A program made the translations under genes and the position numbers. This document shows, piece after piece, positions 57,150 through 64,000 of a stretch of DNA of 64,000 nucleotides. Within the stretch, counting starts at the first letter, position 1, and the number at the start of each line of letters is the position of its first letter. Under the pieces are notes generated by a model, which worked only from the letters and a program-made list of their open reading frames with translations, had not been told where the DNA came from and did no database searches. The stretch spans positions 158,462 to 222,461 of the IMG/VR virus record IMGVR_UViG_3300021964_009390. One strand, written 5' to 3'.

Positions 57150-60100
57150 ATGCCTAACCAACGAACATACTACTCTAGTAACAAAGATATAGACGAGGTA
57201 TCTACTATAAACCCCCTGTCGTATGTGGAGTGGTTAAAATATGAAAATAGTTTTGACAAAAACACAGCTTTTGAACTGTATACTGTATATTTAAACAATT
57301 GGTACACTACTAATACCAAGGTTACAGCAGAACAGCAACAACAATATGTAAGAAACCAATATATTCAATTGTTAAAGCAGATCACACTAGAATATACAAC
57401 TGCTGATGAAAAAAGATTTTTGTCAAACTTAGATTATACAGACAACAAAGATTTAGACGTAGCGTTACCGTTCTTCAGCAAAAAAATCAAACAAATAGCA
57501 ATATACTACGCTAGTCAACGTGAAGAGATAAAGTATTCAAAAATTAAAAACAATCTGAAGGGTAGTGATTTTGGTATGAGTCAAATAATATACAAGCAAT
57601 TTGCTGACACTATCGCTAATGACACACAAATTGTGGAACAACTACAAGACTTAAACTTGACTTTGAACGATGTTTTGTTAAATCTGGAAATATCTGTAGA
57701 AGAGCTGTACGATACAGAGCAAAATTATTATAATATTTCGCCCGGAAGCGACAAAAAAGAATACACAACATTCAACAACTCACCACGTTACAATTATTTT
57801 GACATGTCCATACTACCTACAAGTTCGCGGATGTTCATACAAGAGTTGTACACCCAGGCAGTTATTGATTTGATAAAAGAAGTCCCAGTGATGCTATTAT
57901 CAACCAAAGGTGATGATGCTAATTACGAAAATGAAACACTAGTGTACGCTACCGGTGAGGCAATAGCCATATCCGAAACTGTGACCGGTACCGAACTAGA
58001 TCGGTTGGATGCTAGTGCGTTTATCAACTACACAGACACTGGAGCTTTAAATATAAGTTACGAACAATTAGCATTTCAAAAATATTCCGGGACTGACTAT
58101 TTTTATCTCAGCACTGGTGACAGTTTGACAGACACTATAACCGGTCAATTGTTCACGGCCACTGCTGCGCATAAGAACATTCTCAACAGACATCACCCAA
58201 CAATAGCCAGTGTCACTGGGGAGAATTTGTATAAATTAGAATATTTAGGGGGATTTTTCTTAGGTACCGGTATAGGTCTCGCCAGCTTTGCATCATTTGA
58301 TTTTGAATACAAGTTCAAGCCAGAATTAAACACGGTAATGTATTTTCCAGATCCCCAGGTAGGATCAACCGGTTATTTTGGCGCGTATGAAAAGTTCAAA
58401 GCCCCGGTGCAATACTATGAAAACGTAAATTGGAACAAACAATCTGTAGTAACCACATACAATTATGGCTTGCAATCACAGTTGGATAACATGCCTAGGT
58501 TCACTGCTTACCAGTCATCAGAGCACATACTCAACGAACCTACCGGAGTGTTCCGGTACAATGATGTATATGATTTTTGGACACCTACAGGGCAAAATGT
58601 GTGGCTCAACGAAGATATATATGATAAGCAGCAACAGCAATCGGACATAGACGATAGACAATTACAACTTCACACTGGTCAAAAAATAGTATACAAATGG
58701 AAGACGGATATTTACGGTAACAACTATGCACTAGTGAAAAACAATATCTCTCCAGAAAAAACACCACCGGTTAATACAGCCAGTAATATAACTGAGAGTG
58801 AATATGTTACAAGCACATCTACTAACAAAAGCGCCAACATATCTAAATATGAATGGCATAATAAAACCGAAGGGACCACTCATGGACGAAAAAATTTGTC
58901 AGAACAAAAAGAATCTCCCGGGGAATTGTACATCAGAAACAACACGTTTACTGGTATACATTTAGTAACCGATACAATATTTTCAGATGTGTATCAAAAA
59001 TACGTTATATCCGGGACTGTAGAATATAAAGAACGGACAATAACAATTAGCGATATTGGTGCCGAGATTGTAAGCAATTTAATAGACATTGACATAATAC
59101 AGGACATAATTATATTAGAAACTGATTCATACATAATTTTTGAAAAATTGTCATATGATTACGACACTGGTCGGATATATAGTGACAATAAAAATTATAC
59201 GTTCATTGTAAAAAGGTATTACGGTAACAGTTACAACATGACAGGTAATTGGTGGTTTGATGAAGACAAGCAACGGATCTTAGTATGTCAGACCAATGTA
59301 CACCCGACGTATCAAAACACAAACGACAAAATGATATACATTATTTTATATAATTTTGATATTAATACTTTGAAATTGAGGCAAGCGTACCCGGACCCAG
59401 ACTACACTGCCGCTCAATTGGTATACGAAACAAGTCAGTATTCATTGAGTGCTATACCTAGTGAACACAACATCGTGAAAGTAAAGCCACCCATGTTGAC
59501 ATTCAATAAAGATTCTGAACGTTACAGTGTATCACAATTGCAATTTGATTCCACCCGGAACCCATATTATCTCAAAACAGATTTCCGAATGTACATGGAA
59601 ACAATCGAGCTGATAAGAACTAACTTTTTTAAACACAATTACTTCAGTTACTCGTTAAACAGTTACAACGAGTCTGTTGAGGATTATTTTTACGAGACAA
59701 ACACAAGTATAACTACACCAACATGGTACCATGGAACCTCTGATGATGTAGTGTATATGGGTGCAACTGAAGCCGCAGGAGCACCAGTAGCTATTCCAGG
59801 CTACAGCAACAGCGTGTGGACATACGGTATAGACTCGGACAGCTACGAGTCTGAACGTGATATAATATTATCATTCGATTATTGTATGTTTGGCAATGCC
59901 GCGCCGTTTGGGTTAAGTGTATTGTTTTACAATTCAAGAAACAGTACAAACACTGGGTATGAAACAGTCGCATCAGGCGGTCTTGGCCCGGCTTTCAATT
60001 ATTTGAACGATACAACTACCGGTTCCGGAACTCAAGCTAGTTCGACCGGTTTGCAACACGGTCATGCTTGTGTGGCATTGGATGCAACCGGTAATTACGG

Positions 60101-60587
60101 TAATTCGTCGCTCACCAGCGGAGAGACACCAATTGCTGATAGTGTAGTAGTGTCCGGTCCATATGAATCTGCTATGACACAACGTGATGTGACTGTGTTA
60201 CCAACAAAATTTAAATTGTATGACTCATCAATAGATCAAGACAGTTTAAAATTCACCAGATGCCGGGTGACTCTAACGGACCTGGGTCGACGCGTGTTTG
60301 TAGACATGATGAACCCGGAATCAGACTCCCGCTACACCAGAATAAGTGACACCCAAATAAGTGATTACTACCCGACCGGTCCAGCTGGTACCACAACCAC
60401 AACCACAACCACAACCACAACCAGTAGCGGTGGTGGTACAATCGTACCGTATTACACCATACCAACCAAATTGAATGTATCATTAGCTTTCAACAATAGC
60501 AACCCAATCGGTGGGATATGTGCCATCCGGGACATCACAATCACCGGTAGTAACGCTTCACGTGCCGGTCTCGCAGTAACTGTCTAA
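57150..60587 (+). CDS. Large virion structural protein with probable C-terminal lectin-like domain and poly-Thr tract
   Basis: 1145 aa; late motif upstream; C-terminal beta-sandwich (FGLSVLFY...GGLG...VALDATGNYG) resembles ConA/L-type lectins; 11 consecutive Thr. Confidence 0.55.
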   Translation: MPNQRTYYSSNKDIDEVSTINPLSYVEWLKYENSFDKNTAFELYTVYLNNWYTTNTKVTAEQQQQYVRNQYIQLLKQITLEYTTADEKRFLSNLDYTDNKDLDVALPFFSKKIKQIAIYYASQREEIKYSKIKNNLKGSDFGMSQIIYKQFADTIANDTQIVEQLQDLNLTLNDVLLNLEISVEELYDTEQNYYNISPGSDKKEYTTFNNSPRYNYFDMSILPTSSRMFIQELYTQAVIDLIKEVPVMLLSTKGDDANYENETLVYATGEAIAISETVTGTELDRLDASAFINYTDTGALNISYEQLAFQKYSGTDYFYLSTGDSLTDTITGQLFTATAAHKNILNRHHPTIASVTGENLYKLEYLGGFFLGTGIGLASFASFDFEYKFKPELNTVMYFPDPQVGSTGYFGAYEKFKAPVQYYENVNWNKQSVVTTYNYGLQSQLDNMPRFTAYQSSEHILNEPTGVFRYNDVYDFWTPTGQNVWLNEDIYDKQQQQSDIDDRQLQLHTGQKIVYKWKTDIYGNNYALVKNNISPEKTPPVNTASNITESEYVTSTSTNKSANISKYEWHNKTEGTTHGRKNLSEQKESPGELYIRNNTFTGIHLVTDTIFSDVYQKYVISGTVEYKERTITISDIGAEIVSNLIDIDIIQDIIILETDSYIIFEKLSYDYDTGRIYSDNKNYTFIVKRYYGNSYNMTGNWWFDEDKQRILVCQTNVHPTYQNTNDKMIYIILYNFDINTLKLRQAYPDPDYTAAQLVYETSQYSLSAIPSEHNIVKVKPPMLTFNKDSERYSVSQLQFDSTRNPYYLKTDFRMYMETIELIRTNFFKHNYFSYSLNSYNESVEDYFYETNTSITTPTWYHGTSDDVVYMGATEAAGAPVAIPGYSNSVWTYGIDSDSYESERDIILSFDYCMFGNAAPFGLSVLFYNSRNSTNTGYETVASGGLGPAFNYLNDTTTGSGTQASSTGLQHGHACVALDATGNYGNSSLTSGETPIADSVVVSGPYESAMTQRDVTVLPTKFKLYDSSIDQDSLKFTRCRVTLTDLGRRVFVDMMNPESDSRYTRISDTQISDYYPTGPAGTTTTTTTTTTTSSGGGTIVPYYTIPTKLNVSLAFNNSNPIGGICAIRDITITGSNASRAGLAVTV
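60390..60422 (+). repeat. (ACCACA)n hexamer encoding poly-Thr
   Basis: 5.5 perfect copies, 11 Thr. Confidence 0.9.
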
Positions 60588-60588
60588 T

Positions 60589-63174
60589 ATGAACGATAAA
60601 AAATTAAAGTTACCAGAATATACAATCAATTTGTTACACGACAAAAATCCACCTAGTGGAACACAGGTGTATAGTGATGCGTTCGTACTCAAAGGACCAC
60701 ACGATGTAAAATTTCAACTCACAGGAGACAACAATTTTACAAAAATAATATACAATTTCGATTATGTACAGCAATGCGAAACATCCACTTTACCAGCTAG
60801 CGGTCAGCATGTCATAGAAGCTTCAAGACACAACAACACTAATTTTTTATTAGACCCGAGTCAACAGACAATCGAGACTAGATTGTACCCTGACAAATAT
60901 CAATATAAAAAGACATACTACCCAGGTCTGACTACAATAGATGAAGATTTTAACACGGTGGTGCACCAATTGAGTGTGACCATCGCCCAACCCTCGTTCC
61001 ATGAATTTGTAGACGATGTCAATTTAGCCGGTGTCCGTGCTTTCACTAACGTTGACAACGAGCGAGGAAAAGCCATTATATTGTTAGAAGATGTACGCAA
61101 CGAATGGATTGTACCAGTAACGCTGTACGGTGAAGGAGAATTCACCGGTGTGTTGGATCTGGGTAACGCCATATACGGGCAGATAAAGTTTGATATATGT
61201 TTGAGACGTGCTCCCTATGATAATATCAATCCAGAGGGTGTAGAGGTAATAGGTGGTGGTATATTGGAGCAAGATGCATTTTTAGGCAGTGTAAAATACG
61301 GTACATATCAAAACGCGATAGAAGGGTTAGATTTGAGCGGCGCGGTCAAAGACGAGTTTACATTGACCAACACCGGACAATACATATTGCACGTAACCGA
61401 CGTGACATCCCCCGGTATACCGTTCTTCATGGACACTGAGTCGTTGATAGGTCCATACTCACCACTGGACAGTGGCTGCGAAAACGAACGAACCGCGGAT
61501 GTGTACTATGTGGTACCCGAGATTGTTGATCTAATGGATGCAATCAACGGAACTGGCAAATACTCCGGTGGTTTACCCACCACGACTATAGATGATGCGG
61601 ACCAAATAACCATCACCAACACCAGCGCCAACAACCCAAATTTAAAAGTTGATCTAGTAGCATCCACCAAAATAGCGCAACTCGAGGTTGTGTCAGGATA
61701 CGGAGATTTGAATGCAACACCAGTGACATTCACACCAACGTTGATGGGTACACAGAGCACACAGCCGGTGAAACTGGTGAATAATGGTACCTGCCCGGTG
61801 AAAGTATTTGATATTGTACCATACACAACAAACGCTGCCGGTGACAAATTATCAGTAGCAACATCCCCAGAAATAGTACCGGACAGTTTCAGACTACCGT
61901 TCGTGATGTTACCAGGTGAGACTCGTACAATAGATGCTATTTTCAACCCACAGACATATGTTGATACTGTGGACGGTGGTAGTGAAGATGTTGTGTCACA
62001 TTCTGATTACAGTGGTCTCAAAGTGGATAAAAAAGTGGTATGGGAGATAGTTAGTAACGGTTTCAACGCTGTTAGACATAATGTGTTCTTGGAAGGTGAT
62101 GTGTACACCACAACAACAACTACTACAACCACAACAACAACTACTACAACAACAACCACAACTACTACAACAACAACCACAACTAACACCGGTACAACTA
62201 CCACAACCACTAGTACTACAACCACTACCACAACCACTTGCCCGGCCATCCGCGAAGAAGTGTATGTACGATGGCAGTACGAACCGGTGTATGTAGTGGA
62301 AGGTCAAAACGCCATAGTGCATGTGATCAGAGACCCTCGAAGCGATTACACTGGTGCTTTCTCCGTGGACTATGCTACATCTGATCTGACAGCAATATCT
62401 ACTGGCCCCAACAGAGACTATTTGAGCCTCACCGGGACTTTGAATTTCTCGGCAGGTGAAATGTCCAAGAGTTTAAACATACCAACATATTATATGGGTG
62501 GTAGTACATTAACCGGGATTGATGCGAAAATAACCAAACTAGAAACTGCGGAAGCTTTCAATATCACGTTGAGTAACGTGGTTGCTGCAGATTCATGCAC
62601 CAACAAGTATTTTATCGACCCGGCCAACCCAGTGGGATATGATGCAGCAAGCGTGACACCCACACACCAGGTGGTTATACTAGACCGTTTCACATATTCA
62701 GTCAGTAGCGTTGGCCTAGGAGGTGGAGGAGGAGCATCTCCATGTACATTCACTTCGGTTGTTGCAACACTAGACATGTCCGCTTTGACGCTCACAGTGG
62801 ATAGCGCATCTAGCAACACAGACAAAATTATCAAGGTGTACAACAGCGACACTGGTGTGTTACTAGGTATAATCCCGGCCCAGTCTTCCGGGGTGCTAGA
62901 CGTGTCCGGTCAGTCTGTAAGTGGCAGCAACACTTTGAACATAACATACGAGAGCTGCGGCTGTTGTGTGGTGGAGAGCTACGCATATCCATGTTCTTGG
63001 GTGAGTGTAACAGGAGACATTGAATGCTGTAACATAACCAATGTAACAGGAGCTATGTCATGTTGCAGTATATCTCATGTGTCTGGTGACATGTCATGTT
63101 GCAGCATAAGCGGTGTTGCCGGCTCCATGTCATGTTGCAGCATAAGCGGCGTTGCCGGTTCCATGTCATGTTAA
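60589..63174 (+). CDS. Adhesin-like tail protein: Ig-like domain, Thr linker, Calx-beta domain, Cys-pair repeats
   Basis: VKLVNNGTCPVKV...LPGETRTI..IFNP (ASH/Ig-like); ~44-residue Thr tract; V.EG...V.V.R...SVDYATSD.TA...DY....GTL.F.AGE.SK (Calx-beta). Confidence 0.65.
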   Translation: MNDKKLKLPEYTINLLHDKNPPSGTQVYSDAFVLKGPHDVKFQLTGDNNFTKIIYNFDYVQQCETSTLPASGQHVIEASRHNNTNFLLDPSQQTIETRLYPDKYQYKKTYYPGLTTIDEDFNTVVHQLSVTIAQPSFHEFVDDVNLAGVRAFTNVDNERGKAIILLEDVRNEWIVPVTLYGEGEFTGVLDLGNAIYGQIKFDICLRRAPYDNINPEGVEVIGGGILEQDAFLGSVKYGTYQNAIEGLDLSGAVKDEFTLTNTGQYILHVTDVTSPGIPFFMDTESLIGPYSPLDSGCENERTADVYYVVPEIVDLMDAINGTGKYSGGLPTTTIDDADQITITNTSANNPNLKVDLVASTKIAQLEVVSGYGDLNATPVTFTPTLMGTQSTQPVKLVNNGTCPVKVFDIVPYTTNAAGDKLSVATSPEIVPDSFRLPFVMLPGETRTIDAIFNPQTYVDTVDGGSEDVVSHSDYSGLKVDKKVVWEIVSNGFNAVRHNVFLEGDVYTTTTTTTTTTTTTTTTTTTTTTTTTTNTGTTTTTTSTTTTTTTTCPAIREEVYVRWQYEPVYVVEGQNAIVHVIRDPRSDYTGAFSVDYATSDLTAISTGPNRDYLSLTGTLNFSAGEMSKSLNIPTYYMGGSTLTGIDAKITKLETAEAFNITLSNVVAADSCTNKYFIDPANPVGYDAASVTPTHQVVILDRFTYSVSSVGLGGGGGASPCTFTSVVATLDMSALTLTVDSASSNTDKIIKVYNSDTGVLLGIIPAQSSGVLDVSGQSVSGSNTLNITYESCGCCVVESYAYPCSWVSVTGDIECCNITNVTGAMSCCSISHVSGDMSCCSISGVAGSMSCCSISGVAGSMSC
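62107..62238 (+). repeat. Degenerate ACN repeat encoding a Thr linker
   Basis: ~44 codons, nearly all Thr. Confidence 0.9.
63019..63174 (+). repeat. 36-bp repeats encoding 12-aa Cys-Cys units
   Basis: ATGTCATGTT recurs at 63055, 63091, 63127, 63163; diverged unit at 63019. Confidence 0.9.
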
Positions 63175-63205
63175 AAGCAAACTAATCATGTTAAAAGCAA
63201 ACTAA
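63166..63205 (+). repeat. 20-bp direct tandem repeat spanning the stop codon
   Basis: TCATGTTAAAAGCAAACTAA x2. Confidence 0.9.
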
Positions 63206-63229
63206 ACACGTTTAAAATGAAGAAATCGT

Positions 63230-63237
63230 AATAAATA
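63230..63237 (+). promoter_or_regulatory. Late promoter of the 63264 gene
   Basis: AATAAATA upstream of the Thr/Ser-rich ORF. Confidence 0.5.
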
Positions 63238-63263
63238 ATTGTTATAGATTCTATACCACCACT

Positions 63264-64000
63264 ATGAGCTGTACAAATTGTCAAGTTACGATAACATCTG
63301 TGACCGGAACCCCGGAAAAATACGACCTTCGCAAAGTTAATGCAGATGGAAGTACCGGTGACCCGTTTACCATTGTAGGATCCGGGTTGAACGCAGTGGA
63401 TTTTGAATTGACCGAGCTACCATGGACCATTTACGTAGGGGATTCAGGGGATGCTCATTGGGTTCGCGACTTGGGTGGTGTGAATACAGACAGTGGGTCG
63501 TGGGGACCTGGTGATGGTCTGACAGTCACTGTACGTGTACAGAACCATGATGATGCAAATTGCTACTACGATGTGGAATACACATGTGTATCAGTCACCA
63601 CTACAACAACCACGACCAGTACTACAACCAGCACCACAACTTCAACTTCGACCAGTACTTCAACTTCGACCAGTACTACAACTAGCACCACGACCAGTAC
63701 TACAACCAGCACCACGACGTCGACTACGACCAGTACTTCAACTTCGACCAGTACCACAACTTCAACTTCGACCAGTACCACAACTTCAACTTCGACAACA
63801 ACCAGTACCACAACTTCAACTTCGACCAGTACCACAACTTCAACTTCGACAACAACCAGTACTACAACTAGCACCACGACCAGTACCACAACTTCAACTT
63901 CGACAACAACTTCGACAACAACTTCGACAACAACTTCGACAACAACTTCGACAACAACTTCGACAACAACTTCGACAACAACTTCGACAACAACTTCGAC
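63264..64000 (+). CDS. Mucin-like Thr/Ser-rich late protein (partial; runs off the window end; not in the ORF track)
   Basis: Hand translation MSCTNCQVTITSVTGTPEKYDLRK...VEYTCVSV followed by >130 Thr/Ser codons with no stop; AATAAATA at 63230-63237. Confidence 0.75.
   Translation, partial: MSCTNCQVTITSVTGTPEKYDLRKVNADGSTGDPFTIVGSGLNAVDFELTELPWTIYVGDSGDAHWVRDLGGVNTDSGSWGPGDGLTVTVRVQNHDDANCYYDVEYTCVSVTTTTTTTSTTTSTTTSTSTSTSTSTSTTTSTTTSTTTSTTTSTTTSTSTSTSTTTSTSTSTTTSTSTTTSTTTSTSTSTTTSTSTTTSTTTSTTTSTTTSTSTTTSTTTSTTTSTTTSTTTSTTTSTTTSTTTS
63595..64000 (+). repeat. Thr/Ser-coding repeats ending in a perfect 12-bp array
   Basis: Mixed ACN/TCN/AGY codons; (ACTTCGACAACA) x8 plus a partial copy from 63897 to the window end (TSTT units). 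Confidence 0.9.

Noticed and set aside
62007-63889. Poly-Val minus-strand ORFs (62007-62249, 63566-63889) and poly-Gln alternative frame (62081-62296)
   Set aside because: Reverse or alternative readings of the Thr-coding ACN repeats.
63019-64000. 36-bp, 20-bp and 12-bp repeats as a CRISPR array
   Set aside because: Contiguous with no unique spacers, mostly in-frame coding, and no cas genes.
1-64000. Stop-codon reassignment (alternative genetic code)
   Set aside because: Conserved genes are full length under the standard code and end in TAA, TAG and TGA.
1-64000. CTAG enrichment paralleling CCGG
   Set aside because: CTAG is clearly not avoided, but hand counts were uneven (about 2 in 5641-6660, about 8 in 47041-47700); it needs computation before any claim.
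1-64000. tRNA or other structured RNA genes
   Set aside because: Intergenic gaps are mostly under 100 nt and AT-rich; only terminator hairpins were found.

Overview
A 64-kb, AT-rich segment of a large lytic T4-like (Tevenvirinae/Kyanoviridae-type) myophage genome, standard genetic code. The left ~24 kb is the replication/recombination core: a partial Hjc-type resolvase, uvsY, uvsW, late sigma gp55, gp47/46, gp43, uvsX, gp41, gp32, gp45, RNase H and primase gp61. It is interleaved with queC, a class-II amidotransferase, several glycosyltransferases and an NDP-sugar epimerase/reductase. The right ~38 kb is morphogenesis: gp14, gp17, gp3, gp18, gp19, gp26 paralogues, a 1512-aa tape-measure-like protein, gp48, gp53, gp27-like hub, gp16, dUTPase, gp44, gp25, gp6 and very large baseplate/adhesin proteins with mucin-like Thr/Ser tracts. 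Two promoter classes are readable directly: host sigma70 (-35/17/-10) before replication genes and T4-type late (N)TAAATA before structural genes. Most lie only 5-10 nt from the start codon, implying largely leaderless mRNAs. Signals most worth follow-up: (i) a dispersed glycosylation toolkit plus Thr/Ser-rich virion proteins (candidate virion O-glycosylation system); (ii) strong frame-independent over-representation of CCGG; (iii) a queC-amidotransferase-GT2 operon with no other deazaguanine genes in view; (iv) late-expressed, capsid-targeting-like proteins inserted antisense into early operons; (v) a Cys-pair repeat at a tail protein C-terminus. No tRNA, CRISPR array, intron, intein or mobile element was recognised. 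All calls rest on motif recognition by eye; no database searches were run.
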